DNA from: Chrysomallon squamiferum
Lineage: Eukaryota > Animalia > Mollusca
Length of the DNA: 64,000 nt
Direction of reading: 5' to 3'
NCBI GenBank assembly: GCA_012295275.1
Contig: CM022677.1
Span: 13,082,001-13,146,000 of the forward strand
Positions 20,330-37,839 of the stretch are shown here, one piece after another (the stretch's first letter is position 1; the number at the start of each line of letters is the position of its first letter). A model generated the notes under the pieces. That model had not been told where the DNA came from. It worked only from the letters and a program-made list of their open reading frames with translations, and made no database searches. The translations under genes were made by a program, and so were the position numbers.

Positions 20330-23300
20330 CTGTTAAGCAATCACTAACTGAAACAAAACAAAAAATAATAAAAAGAAAGAAATAGAAAACTATAGAATTT
20401 GAATAAGGAAAAATAACAAAGAAAAAAATAAAACATTTTCAAAAATACGTTATAAAATATGCACAAGATGAACATATGGTTGCAATGATGGCTTGGATTT
20501 CATGTGATGTCTTTCTCTACTTCCATTTGAAAAAAGAAAATTAAGTGATGCATAAAACATTCTTATAGCATTGTTGTCTTTCTTATTGTCTTTGTATAGT
20601 TATTAAATGTAGCAGTTGTTTAAAAATTAAATTACATTCATTTTTACTGAGGGGAATGAGAGAGAACTACATTTGGATGTTTAGTGTAATTTTGTACATT
20701 GAAACTGTAATATGGATATTTAATATCATACACTGCCTGTTTTTTCTTTCAGAACCAGTTCTGGATGACAACAAAAACATCTCTTTGATGACAGGTGCCA
20801 ACAAAAGGGAACAAAGTCTGTACTAGTAGTAACAGCTTGTTGTTGTTGATGATGATGCTGTTTTGTTCTGGTTATGGAAATATTTGAAACTGTCAGCCAC
20901 TATGCTTTATATAACTTTATATTTTCATGATTTTTGTTTTGTACAGTAGGTGCAAAGAGAATATGCAAGATTGAATATGTAACTGTTGTGTTGCAGGTAC
21001 CAAAATTAAAATATCAAAACACTTTCAGACATCTTAATCTCTTTCTCTTTATTTTCTGCGAAAGTTAAGTATTTTCAAAATGTTCACACTAGCTAATTCA
21101 TCTCTGAAAGTAGTGTTTTATATGTGTTCCTTTTTATATTTCTAAATCTTCAGCCAGTTAGTACAGCACTGACAATCAAAACAATATAATATTTCAAAAA
21201 AATCCACAATTTGAAAAGCTTACAGCATTGTTAAATATGACATTCTAATTTCATTTTTATTTTTAAAATTCTTCATAAAATGTTTCTAACGCATTCTAAA
21301 AACCGTTCAATGTCACTTCATCTGCTGAGAGTGGTAATTTAATAAGGTAAGAGTTTCATCATGTATATTGGATAGAGGATCCTTGTCTCCTTAATCTTTG
21401 AGTATCTGCAATTTCAAATAATTTTTATTAAATGGTCAAATGATAAAATTACAAAAATATGAAATGTAATCATTTATAATGATTATTAAACCCACTGGAA
21501 ATTTTTCATTGCTTGCACCCGTTGTCTGCCCAGTTCTGATATTTTTGAGTCACATAAGGGCAGGAAGTGTGCAACCTGTGAATATCTATTGTTGATGGTT
21601 GTTAGATGAAAAGACAATATTTTTATAGCCAAATACTATCACAAGTGCCATACAGTTTTCAGGTTCATGGCTGTTGGTATTAAAATTATGATTACCATTG
21701 TCTGATGAATAATGTAATCCAGTATAAGAATAGGTGAACAGTTTCCAGAACCCAAGTGCTCTTTGAGAATTCTGAAACTTTTGTTGTAGAACAAGGTTGC
21801 TGAATTTGTATGCTTGATGGTAGATGTCTGAAATGGTTGTCATGGTAACTGTTGTTCTTGGCAAGGCTGTGTAATTTAACTTTCTTGTCTGTGCTGTTCT
21901 GCTTGGTTTTGTTTTGTAGCCGTATCCAAAGAAAGGTGCCGATTTTTTGGCTCCTGATGTTTCTTGTTCACCACTGAACAGTGGCTTCTACTTCAGTCAG
22001 AGGCTTTTGACTTAAAGTATGAGTTTAGGAGTAATGTAAATATTATATTTAACTTTCACTTTTGCATTGTATAACTTTAAACAAATATGTTTTTATTGAA
22101 CTGAAAGCAACAAAAATACAGGATAATTATTTAATACGCCTTAAAAGAAAAGATTAGAAACAAGGTAGACCTTTAATAAAACAATTTATTTATGTCAACT
22201 TAAATCTAACATTGAAAAATGACTCTTCTGAAAAACTGTACAATTCTAATCAATGATCCCAGAATCATTTCCAGAAGATTCATAAATGCACATTTTGTAA
22301 ATATCCATTCTTTGTTTAATCACTGATCAGATGGTTCTGCCAACTTCGACATCTCTTAATACAATTACATCATGAACTGGAGAATGTTTTGAGTCTTCTA
22401 TCAGTATGTTGCTTCTCTCTGTCTCATATATCTGATAATTTTAACATGCACTTCTGTATGTAATTCATTATTATTATTATTATTTTTTTTTTTTTTTTTT
22501 GTTACTGTCCACAAACATAGTATTGGTATTTTATTACTATTTGAGGATGTTATTTTCTCTTTGATGAAATGAGAGCCAGAAAAATCTTGTTTGTCAAAAT
22601 CGTTAATTGATGTAAATCATTCCTATGTTGTCTTTCATAAAATTCTTCTCCTTCCACTGATAACTCTAAAGATGTGGTGTTCTACTTTATCCCTGACATT
22701 TCATAAAGTGGACACTGAAATATGTGATAATTATTTTAACAATAATTTTAGTCATTTGTTTTTTTCTATGTGATCATATTGAAACCAGTGATATACATAT
22801 TTATATATCATTAACACATTTTTTATACTGTTTTATTTTATCTCTTACCTGATGTAGTGGCTTTCCTAGGTGAATTTCAGAGCTAGAATTGTTTTCAGTA
22901 ATTTCTTGTGAGAAGTAGCCCTGTGAAAACATATTTAGTGGAAAAGGTGATATGATAATAAACAAGGGAATGGGAAAATGTTCATGCAGATTTTTGTTAT
23001 GAATATTTTCCCTATATGCAGTACCTCATAGAAAATTAAAGACTGGCATTCAAAGCAATCATAGCGAAATTTCATGTTTGTTAAAATTGAGACTATAAAA
23101 CAATACACATTCATTCGTCTGGGTTTTTTTTAAAGTAATTTTATAATTGATTGGCATCTGAAACAGTGAAAAAGAATAAAATCTCGTTTCTCATATATTT
23201 TCCAGTTTATAGCATAACATCTCAAATTTAATCTTTTCGAAATTTCAGCACATCAATGTTCCCAGTTAATAAAAAAAAAACTGAATTAAGACTGTTCCAA

Positions 23301-23588
23301 GTTTCAGTTTGTAAGTTCCCTATTAATAAGAAAATTGAATTTCAACCATTCAGAATTTCAGTTCTTCAATATTCCCTATTAATAAGAAAACAGAATTTAA
23401 ACTTCAATATTTAAAATCAGAATTTGAACCAATTTATCAGTGTTTTTTGATTAGTAAGAAATGTGAATTACTACTGTTCCACTCACTCTTCCTCATTTTA
23501 ATCAAGAAGTTTAGCTAATCCAAAATCTGTAATCTTCACCTGATTCGGGGTTTGTGCTGTACAAAGATAAAAAAATAAAATAAATAAA

Positions 23589-23634
<46 letters not shown>

Positions 23635-23729
23635 GGTGTTACTTGTCCAAGGGGTAGATATCCTAGGGTTTGGTTGTCCAGGGCAGATATTACCAACTTC
23701 ATATAAATATTTTACAAATAAATATCTGC

Positions 23730-23900
23730 ATTCTATTACTATCATCACCGTCATCATCATTGCCTCTTTTACATCATCATCACTGCTGTCTTCTACATTA
23801 TCATCATCATCATCATCATGGCATCTTTTACATCATGATCATCATCACTGCCATTTTCTACATCAACATCGTCATCATCATCACCATTATTATTATTACT
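23730..23900. repeat. Degenerate (CAT)n/(TAT)n low-complexity tract
   Basis: Produces the poly-His/Ser/Ile ORFs 23633..23959 and 23670..23927. Confidence 0.85.
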
Positions 23901-24107
23901 ATGAACATAAGAATAAGAACTTTTTGAAACAGTTAAGTTCAGCCATAGCAGCAGAATAAAATATATAATAGAATAGTAAAATATATAGTAGAATATATAG
24001 ATGAATAAATATTTCTATTTTTGATCAGTAGAATAAAAAAAATAACAGATGGATACCAGCTGAAGGAAAACTAATACACCTAGAGTGATGTTGTAAGGCT
24101 TCAAATA

Positions 24108-25712
24108 TTACTCATATCCTAGTAGAAGACAAAATTCTATTAGCAAAGAAGTTTTTCCAAAATAGAGAAGTAAATATACGACTGATAACAGACTGACTGT
24201 TAATGTGTCCAGCTGGAAAATTTCGTCCGACTTTCCTGACTCTGAGACGTGGCAATTTCCATTTCTTGTGGTGTGCACGAAGATGGTGAATCTTTCAGAG
24301 CAAACTGGACAATTTATTCTGCTTCTAGACCACCTCAACAAACAGCTGAAAAAAAAACCTCATGTAAACACGAGTCTTCATGACATTTATCTAAAAGGTC
24401 TTCTAAAATTCTTCTGACTTATCTAATTCAGGCTTTGTGTTGATTCAGCAGTGGTGGTTGATGCTGATGTTGATTACCCTGGTCTTTCTCCACGTGATGT
24501 TTCTCCAGAGAAACATTTTGAAGTTTCAGACTGTTGTGTTGATTCAGCAGTGGTGGTTGATGCTGATGTTGATGTCCCTGGTCTTTCTGCTCTGTGATGT
24601 TTCTCCAGAGTCACTTTTGGAAGACTTTCGAACTTTTGGAGTCTTCTCCGGGCATCCATCATCCTCTGCTTTCCGTTTCCTAGATGTTGATGTCTCTGGT
24701 TCTCCACATGATGTTTCTCCAGAGTAACTTTCTGAAATTATATTTTTTGTTGTTTGAACTATTTCTATTTTTATTTTATTGTTTATTGCAGTAAACTTGA
24801 TTCAGCAGTGGTGAGTGATGCTGATGTTGATGTCCCTGGTATTTCTCCTTGTAATGTTTCTCCAGAGTCACTTTCGGAAGACTTTCGAACTTTTGGAGGC
24901 TTCTCCGGGCATTCATCATCCTCTGCTTTCCGTTTCCTGACTGTTGATGACCCTGGTTCTCCACGTGATGTTTCTCCAGAGTCACATTTTGTAGTTTCAG
25001 ACTGTTGTATTGATTTAGCAGTGGTGGTTGATGCTGATGTTGATGTCCTTCGTCTTTCTCCATGTGATGTTTCTCCAGAGAAAGATTTTGAAGTTTCAGA
25101 CTGTTGTATTGATTTAGCAGTGGTGGTTGATGCTGATGTTGATGTCCTTGGTCTTTCTCCACGTGATGTTTCTGCTGAGTCACATTTTGAAGCTTCAGAC
25201 TGTTGCATTGATTCAGCAGTGGTGGTTGATGCTCATGTTGATGTCCTTCGTCTTTCTCCATGTGATGTTTCTCCACGTGATGTTTCTGCTGAGTCACATT
25301 TTGAAGCTTCAGACTGTTGTATTGATTCAGCAATGGTGGTTGATGCTGATGTTGATGTCCCTGGTCTTTCTGCTCTGTGATGTTTCTCCAGAGTCACATT
25401 TTGAAGTTTCAGACTGTTATGTTGCTTCACCAGTGGTGGTTGATGCTGATGTTGATGTTCTTGGTCTTTCTCCACGTGACGTTTCTCCAGAGAAACATTT
25501 TGAAGTTTCAGACTTTTGTATTGATTTAGCAGTGGTGGGTGATGCTGCTGTTGATGTTCCCGGTCTTTCTGCTCTGTGATGTTTCTCCAGGGTCACTTTT
25601 GGAAGACTTTCGAACTTTTGGATTCTTCTCCGGGCATCCATCATCCTCTGCTTTCCGTTTCCTAGATGTTGATGTCCCTGGTTCTCCACATGATGTTTCT
25701 CCAGAGTAACTT
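24108..25712 (-). pseudogene. Decayed gene with S/T-rich 33-aa repeats and bipartite NLS-like motifs, followed by a TOPORS/ICP0-type RING-HC finger
   Basis: 24410-24260 reads ILEDLLDKCHEDSCLHE / FFFSCLLRWSRSRINCPVCSERFTIFVH, similar to the TOPORS RING (DRCLHKFCFRCVQEWSKNKAECPLCKQPFDSIFH). The first CxxC is lost and there is a frameshift. Upstream units read TSKSFSGETSHGERRRTSTSASTTTAKSIQQSE and RKRKAEDDECPEKPPKVRK. Acceptor tttcag near 25713. Confidence 0.65.
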
Positions 25713-25765
25713 TCTGAAATTATATTTTTTGTTGTTAGAACTATTTCTATTTTTATTTTATTTTT
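24432..25765. repeat. 99-bp tandem repeat with a higher-order duplication of about 980 bp
   Basis: gtttcagactg at 24994 and 25093 gives the 99-bp period. Block 24590-24780 recurs at about 25570-25765, including the intron-exon boundary. Confidence 0.85.
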
Positions 25766-25785
25766 TATTGCTTTTTTATTTTTTT

Positions 25786-25822
<37 letters not shown>

Positions 25823-27577
25823 TATACATTCTATCTGTAGTTTCTTATTAAAATAAATCACACGTTACTTTTTACTCTACTGCTAGTAACAAAAGGATAA
25901 GTACTCCTGCGTTATTCGAGTTATCGGCAGAAAATTAGGTTATGCATATTCGTTTATTTTTTTATCCATCTGAAGACACTGTTTGTACCAGTAAGTCTAT
26001 TTTACACATGTACACTAGTGTGAAATTTATAAATTTATTAAAATGTTCTAAAGAAGATTCCCATTGAGCTATTGCGAGTTAGTTCTAGTTCAGGAATATG
26101 ATTTACAGTGAAACTAGAAAATCGGGGAGTGTCGTGGGTACGACCTCCATTTCCATATTTCTTATGTTTTATGCATCTTCAGCATCACTTAATGAAGAAT
26201 AAATACATAAAATAAAAACTAATTTAACTTGTCTCATAATATTTTATTATCATTTAGTGGATTTTTAGAAATGCATTTTGTAGTAATTATTGTAGATATA
26301 TAGCATTTGTAGTTTAGTTCCCTTTAATATTAATAGCATCATTAATAAAAAATGTATTATTAATTAGTTATTTCTGTCATTGTCATTATTGTAATTTTAT
26401 TATTACTTTTTTATTCGTTTATTTATAAATTTATTATTAATTTATTATTGTCATTATTGTAATTTATATATCATTTTTAATATTATTTTATTATTTATTA
26501 AACTTTAAAAAAATAAAGCATCCAATTTTTATTCAAATAGACATAAACTGATAATTTACACAATTATTATTACTTTTGAATTTACATTAATATTGCTTGA
26601 TTTGCTTGTAATACAGTTTAATAGAATTTTCTAATTAATTGATATACAAGACATTAGATGTTATATACTAATAAATATACATTATAAACTATGTAGAAAT
26701 TAATATATAAATGTTTTTTTTTTGTGTTTTTTGTGAATATTAGTGTAAGTTTGTTCTTGTTTAGTCAGAAACACAAATGCACATACACACATACACAAAT
26801 GTGCACAAGCATGCACATGCTCACACACACACACACACACACACACAATAGTTTTAAATTTTTAATTCTGTACATATTTAAATAGATTATTACTGTTATA
26901 ATTTTTGAGTCTTCCATGAAATAAATATTTGATAACAACACTTTTTATTCCATTTAAAATTTATTTTAATTTGAAAAATTTACTATTTCATTCACTATTA
27001 TTCCTTATCATTTCGTTAACTTGAAAATTTTATTTTTATATATATATATATATATTCCTTTGTTTCCTTTTTGAGTAATATTTAAGAATAAGTATAACTT
27101 TTCCAGCAACTATTATTTATATGTTGAGAATTGAGTTAAAATTCAAAATATTCTTAGACCCAATTTTATACAATTATTGCCTTCACAAAGTATACAAATC
27201 ATTTCATTTTATTTTGTAATTTGTTTGTTTTGTGTGAATGAATACACCAATTATTTATTTATCCATTTGTTAGTTTATTATTATTATTATTATTATTATT
27301 AATTTATAATATTATAAGCATCTGACCATGGATAATAATTTTCATAACATAAGGGAAATAACTCTCTTTTGATAAAACTTTAGTTATATTGTTAAAACAT
27401 ATGAAATAAATAAAGAAAGCAAATACAATTTCCCATCCAAATTAAAAACAAAATCAATAATAATTAACACCCTGAAAACAATTTTATATATCTTTTTTAT
27501 TTACCAAGAAACAGTAACAATGAATTAAAAAATCAAATTCAACAGCAAAATTGTAACAAATATAAAAATTAATTAAT

Positions 27578-27872
27578 TAAAAATAACAAAAATATTGTAA
27601 AAAGAAAATATAATTTAACTACAGCTGTTACTAATTTATGACCTGTTTTAATTAATTACTTTATTTAACAGGAGCTAGTATTAAAAATTGATCTAGACAT
27701 CTGTTTTTTTTATTTATTAAAGTTTACTAAATAAATTGATTTAATGCTTTATCTTCTGAGTTTATATTCTATTTTGTGCAGACATAAATGCATGCACTCA
27801 TATAACACAAGTAAAAGACACTAAAAAAACTAACACATATACAAACATTACAATACTCACACAACAGAAAAT

Positions 27873-27903
<31 letters not shown>

Positions 27904-28412
27904 TTCACTTAGGCAAAACTGACACAAACAGACATATCAATATATATACAGACACATACACCAAAACACACACACACACACAAATACAGGCACACATATC
28001 TGCAGAGACATACTAACGTACATACTGACATACATCTTCACACATACAGTGCAGAACATAAATGTAATACATAATAACTGATATTATCAAAAACACTTCT
28101 TATAATAATTGGCCTATGAAAACAACAAAGATAAAGATAAAACTCTGAAAAAAAAAACACTAATAAAAATATGATTTCCTTTATAAACTTTGGTCTGTGT
28201 ATTTTATCAGCACATAAATATCAGTATGATTGTGAGTGAATTAACAGCATATTTTATAATGTTTGTTTTGTGTCTTTTACAAATAACAAAAATATTGTAA
28301 AAAGAAAATATAATTTAACTACAGCTGTTACTAATTTATCACCTGTTTTAAATTAGTACATCAAATAATTTTTTTTTTTTTTTAACAGGAGCTAGTATTA
28401 AAAACTGATCTA
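27578..28412. repeat. Local direct repeat of about 120 bp (27578-27697 and 28280-28412)
   Basis: aaataacaaaaatattgtaaaaagaaaatataatttaactacagctgttactaatttat...aacaggagctagtattaaaaa occurs twice. Confidence 0.8.
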
Positions 28413-28628
28413 GCAATTATACTATTCCTGTGTATCAGAAAATGTGGAATAGAGCATTTAAAAAATCATATGACTATTGCAACTACAACTACTGTTCCTA
28501 CTGCACCTCTATTAAAACTACATAGCTGCTATTATTATTATTACTACTACTACTACAACTACAGTTATGATAACTCCTTTACCACACTACTACATTAGCT
28601 TTTATTATCACTATCCTACAAGGTTAGC

Positions 28629-28662
<34 letters not shown>

Positions 28663-29289
28663 TATTAATACTGTTTCTAGTTAGGTTTTTTTTGACACAG
28701 TAGTAGCTGTTATAATTACTACTGCTGATGCTATTGCTACTATTACTGCTATTGCTGCCCATGTTTTGTTGGTAATAACACAACTGTTTAATTACATCTC
28801 TGTCACAAATAATAACACAGCTGTTAACACAACTGTTTACTACTATAAAATACAAGAAGCTATTAACAAGTGTTATTTTCCTCCCTGTGTACGTGTATAG
28901 TAACACAACTGTTTTACTACAAAATTTACAAGCTATTTCTGTTTTATTTTATTCCTGTGTATGTTAAGTAATAACTTTTTACTACTATAAAATACAAAAT
29001 AATTTATTAACAAGTAATGTTTTTTTCCTCACTGTGTACAGTGTATAGTAACATTTAAATCTCAAATATTTGCAAGCTTCTATTTTTATTCTGTATTAAA
29101 AATAATTTTTACTGAAAATAAAAATAATTTGTTACCTAATGAGTTTCAACTCAATTTTTTAAATCACACAAATAATAAACGACTAAAGACACCATCAGTT
29201 TCAATCTTAAATTTAAATAAAACTGGCCTGAGTATTTTGTACAAAAAACATTTAAACATATAAATTGATAACCACCAAATATTTCTGAA

Positions 29290-30522
29290 CACATTGCTGA
29301 CACACATATACATACACACTATTATTAGAGTAGCAATTATCACACATGCTGATACACACACACAGCCAATTGTAAGAGTAGAAATTATCACTATTGTTGA
29401 TACACACACAACACACACACACACACACTATTATCAGACTAGCAGTTATCAGTATTGCTCATACACTCACACACACACACATATTATCACACAACACACA
29501 CACACACACACTATTATCAGACACAGTTACACACACATTATTATCAGAGTAGCAGTTATCAGTATGCTGATATACACACACACACACACACACACACACT
29601 ATTATCACTATTGCTGATACACATACACACACATACTATTATCTCAGAAGTAATTATCACTATTGCTGAAACACTGACACAGACAATTATCTGAGTAGCA
29701 ATAGTCACTATTGCTGATACACACAGACAAACACACATTATTATCAGATTAGTAATCTCTATTGCTAATCACACACACAAACACACACGCTATTATCAGA
29801 GAAGCAATTACCATTATTGCTGATACACTGACACAAACACTGTTACTATTATCAGAGTAGAAACTATCACTCTTGCTCATACTAACATACATACAAATAT
29901 GCATACACAAACACATACTATTATCAGATTAACACCATTGCTGATACCACTCACACACAGACAGTATTATCAGAGTAGCAGTTATCACTATTGCTGATAC
30001 ACTCAAACACACACACATACCAATATCAGACTAGCAATTATCACTGTTGCTCATACACTCACACACACATTCTATTATCAGTAGCAATTATCACTGTAAC
30101 AGACACACAGACACACACAGTAGTATCAGAGTAGCAGTTATCACTAGTGCTGATACACACACACTCACACAAACATATACTATTATCAGAGTAGCAGTTG
30201 TACTATTCCTGACACACACACAATTATAACAGTAGTTACACTGACACACAAACTATTATCAGAGTAGCAATTATGACACACATACTGTTATCAGAGTTAG
30301 CAATTGTAACTACTGCTGATACACACATACACACAAAAATACACACATTCTATTATCAAAGAAGCAGTTATAACTATTGCTGATACACACACCCACAAAC
30401 TATCAGAGTAGCAATTATCACTATTGCCAATACACTCAAACAGATACACACACACACATACACTATTATCAGAGTAGTAATTATCACTTGTGCTGAAACA
30501 ACACACTATTATGACTATTTCT

Positions 30523-30561
<39 letters not shown>

Positions 30562-30865
30562 TTATCAGAATAGCAGTTATCACTATTGGTGATACACACA
30601 CACACACAGACACTATTATCAGAGTAGCAGTTATCACTATTGCTGATATACACACACACACACACACAACACATACTATTATCAGAGTAGCAGTTATAAC
30701 TATATCTGGTACACTCACACACACACCTAGTATTATCACAGAACCAATCATCACTATTATCAGAGTAGAAATTATCACTATTGCTGATACACACACTCAC
30801 ACTATTATCATAGCAGAAATTATCACTAGTGCTGATACACTCACAAACACACTCACACACATACT
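29290..30865. repeat. Satellite array, about 36-bp core plus (CA)n spacer, roughly 25-30 units
   Basis: Repeated ctattatcagagtagcagttatcactattgctgata(ca)n. Produces all the HT-rich and CV-rich ORFs in this interval. Confidence 0.95.
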
Positions 30866-31804
30866 ATCTCTGTCAATCATCTTTCCATTTCTTCAAATGG
30901 TAGCTCTCAAGTTAACTTTGAATATTCTTTATGAAAACAACTTTAAGCTGGAACCTGCTTGTTGTCTATCTGTAAATATCATTGCTCCACATCTTTTCAT
31001 TTCTTCTATAATTTGTAATGTAGAAACACACAGAGCTTTTGCAGTGTCCTTATGTCCTTAGTCATTATGGTGGAAGTGTTTTTTTCCATGATAATCAAGA
31101 ATCATCCACTGTTAACTATTTGAGAAGAATCAATCAACACTGACATATTTTGTCAACAACTTCTCTGTCTGGAAACTTGGTCTATATCAGTAGATATCTC
31201 AACTGTTTGAAGCAACCTTATAGTCTTCTCCATATTCTTGTAACTGAAGTTGATTCCAGAATAATGTCTTTCCTGTAGATACAATAATAAAATTTAATAG
31301 AATAATTATTTAAAAGTATTTTTCCATTGTGTTTGTAATGTTAGAAAGAAATTATTATAAATAAACATCATCAGTCTTATTATAATAGGTTTAATAATAA
31401 ATAACAAATAATTTAAATATAAATTTAGATCTCTAAAAAAACAGGATCAATACAAACTGTAAATTTAAAATTCTGGTCAACTTAAAAAATGTGTTTTTTA
31501 TAATCTAAATTCATAAAGATAAGTGAAAATATTTCTTTATGAAAGATTTTCTAATGCATTGATTAGATCAAAATATTTTAAAGTTAAGCAATACAAACAT
31601 AACATGAAAATGTAATAATAATAATAATACAAATACCACTAATATTTCTCAAAGCTGAAATCTATAAAATTGTGAATTCTCCTCTGAATCTTCAGCACTG
31701 ACCTGCCTTGTACTGTAAGGGAGAGAGTGAGATCTGAAAAACTTTGTTTTTGACCAAGTCTTTAAAAGAAATACAAAATCTGACATGGACTTGACAGTTT
31801 CCAC
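30866..31804 (-). pseudogene. Unidentified decayed exon pair X (31804-31637) and Y (31272 to about 30866), copy 1
   Basis: Acceptors tttacag and tctacag. Protein-like fragments WNQLQLQEYGEDYK...RYLLI and KDTAKAL...EEMKRCGAMIFTDRQQAGS, with frameshifts. Paralogous copies at 47820-48251 and 49808-50481. Family not recognised. Confidence 0.5.
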
Positions 31805-32249
31805 CTGTAAATTGAAAAGAATTCGTTATCCAAAAATGTGAGCCTATGAAAAATGTGAGGCATTTTAGTTTAATAACTAATTTTGCATCTGCTTTGAATA
31901 CGTTTTAGTCCATGTTTACTATCGAATGACAAGTTTAAATAAGAACTATTCAACTAGTTGATAATATTATATAAAACCAAGCAGATATCATATGAATAAA
32001 CCTTTATTCATTAATTTTTTTATTATTATTATTTTAATTATTATTATTACTTGATTACAGCTTTCATCATAAAGAAAGTATTAAACACAATTTTACAATC
32101 ACATTGCAAGAGTATTTCAAAATTATTAATTTTATAACATACATACAACACTGAAACAGTAAGTTTGATAGGAGATACACAGAAAGTATATAAACTATTA
32201 GGAAAAAAAATAATAAAAATATAATAATAAAATAAAATAAAATAAACCC

Positions 32250-32520
32250 TTAATTTTCCCCTGATTTAAATAATATAAAGAAATATATTTTTTTTTACAA
32301 ATAATTCTAATTGCCCCTATTTGCATAATTTTTCATAATATTTAATTGATTTTCTCCCAGCAAACCGTTGATTTTCCCTGATTTAAATAATATAAAGAAA
32401 AAAGAATTTTTGTTTTTTTTAATGAAAAATTCTAATTGCCCCTAATTACATAATTTTCAATTATATTTACATTGATTACCCCAGCAAACCCTTGAATTCC
32501 AGCTGATTTAATTTTAAATT
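32250..32520. repeat. About 117-bp tandem repeat, about 2.3 copies
   Basis: cctgatttaaataatataaag...ttctaattgcccct...cccagcaaacc recurs. Confidence 0.7.
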
Positions 32521-32569
32521 ATAGAAATTTACAACAAAATTATCAGTATTATATGAATGGAACTGTTGT

Positions 32570-35600
<3,031 letters not shown>

Positions 35601-36463
35601 TTTTACCTACTTTTTCTTTCTTCTTATAATTTATATTAATGCACCAAATAAAAGCACAAAACTTACAACTCACACTAGAATAAGTTGCTTATTATTGTCC
35701 AGGAATTTACCAATACATCTGAAAACATCTGCTCTGAAAAAAATAAAAAGTATTCTTTTCCCTTTCATTAAGTATGGCAATTCGTGTCCACATCCTACGT
35801 TAAAAAATATCATTACTCTTTCTATTAATGAGGCCGTCATTGCCGTCGTTAAAGTATTGTTCTTAACGTATTGGTGTACAATGTAACAATGATGTACTGG
35901 ATGGTGGAGGTTGTGGTCCTCAGTCTGAAGCTGAACAAAATAAAACAAAAGCATATTCTTGAGAATAAGAAAGGCTTATTAATCTCCACAGATACAAACA
36001 GAGCTAAATATGGGCATCATGGACCGATTATAAACAGATTGGCCTTTGTTTAGTGACAAGTGTAGGCAGTGGGCAGATGTGGAACCAAAGCACCAGTAAT
36101 AACAGAATTACCAAGTCTTGTTCAGCTTATGTTCCTTGTCCTTCATAAATGTGTTAAATGTGTGTTTATGTGTGTGTGTGTGTGTGTTTATTACTTTTTT
36201 CTTTCTTCTTATTTAATAGACAAATGCAAGGAAAAAAAGACAGAAACTCATAACATGGAGGGCAGTTGCCATGCCTACTGGGCAAGTAAAAATGATAAAT
36301 CTGAAGCCAGTGTAGTCCACCTAGTTTTGCTTATGTCCGCAACAGAGGATATCAGTTTGACTTTACATGCAAAGACACATATCCTTTCATCTGTATGAGC
36401 AAAGGTTGGTTTTACATTATTCAATTTATATTACTATTATTATTATATGTATGGTTATAGGTC

Positions 36464-36522
<59 letters not shown>

Positions 36523-37074
36523 AGAGAGGGAGATACATTATGTTTATTGTAGATTTGCCATTTTAATGTAGGGGATAAAACTTCAGAAAGGAGTGTATGG
36601 CTAATAGTTTTCATAATTTAAACTCCAATGACAACACAAGATGTTTCTTCTTTTTTAAAATCATCTGGCTATTTTTATTCTTTCTACTTTTAATGTTATT
36701 ATTACGACGTTGCCATTGACAGGTTAGCACATACCACAGGTTTTAATATAGCAGACACAGTGCCTCAGTTGGAAGAAACCGACTCACTCACATGGCAGTA
36801 CAGTACATACCCATTATCTAATATACTAGACTGGATGGAACAATGGATGGAAAAATGGACTCACTGACAACGGCAGAAAAAAATAAAAAAATTATTATTA
36901 TTATTATTATCGGTAATTTATTTCTTACATTATGATTATAAAAAAATAAATAAATCAATAAATCAATAAAATAAAAATAAAAATATTAATAGCAGTTGCA
37001 TCATGGTTTCAAAAATATTTTGGTAACTTAAAAAAATAAGAAAAATATATACATTACGTTATTATTATTATTAT

Positions 37075-37159
<85 letters not shown>

Positions 37160-37839
37160 TTAAAATACTTTTGAATCAAAATAATAACAATAATCATATT
37201 TTAAATGATTTTAAATAATCATAGTTTAAATGCAGTGAACTTGGTTTTCGCATACGCTTACGCAATTATGAGACAACCCCTCGTTTCTTTTAACTCAAGG
37301 TCAAGTCCTTTTGACGCGCGTGCGTCTACGTCACAGTGTAGATCATTGTTGTTTGCAAAAGGAAGTAACAGTCACCAGAGCGACCTTGATTAAGGTAATT
37401 AATTAATTTTTTGTTAAGTGTTTATTCAATATGGCCGCTAATTGCACCCGAACAGTGCATCTCTATAGAATCTAAGTATTTCAGGCAATATACACTTTGC
37501 CTGACTTTTCAAGCTAATTTGTCAACACTTGAAATGCAAATCTATCGTAGATTGACAGCAATTGTTGTAAAAATAAACAAACATGCAAACAAACAATGAT
37601 AACACAAAATTACATTTAAAATTTAAGAAATTAATTTTAAATTCATTCGGTCTTAATCTGTTGGTTTTAATACTAAATTACATACACATCAAGTACTTTC
37701 TTTATAATTGTTTTTGATTTCAATACATTACTAACGGTTAACTTATGATGATGAAAAATTAAGATATTATCTTAATTCAGTATGTGAATGTTATTGCAAA
37801 AGGATAAAAACAGAGTAATTAGGTTTCTCCATAATTACT

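Noticed and set aside
21586-22020. GC-richer, coding-like stretch
   Set aside because: No recognisable motif or clean splice boundaries in any frame, so I cannot support a call.
24754-25579. Plus-strand Asp/Val/Cys-rich repeat proteins
   Set aside because: The splice acceptor, NLS-like motifs and RING finger all point to the minus strand as the sense strand.
29290-30865. CRISPR-like array (about 36-bp palindromic repeat with variable spacers), also at 4340-4755
   Set aside because: Spacers are low-complexity (CA)n, the repeats are degenerate, there are no cas genes and the context is eukaryotic. It is a satellite.
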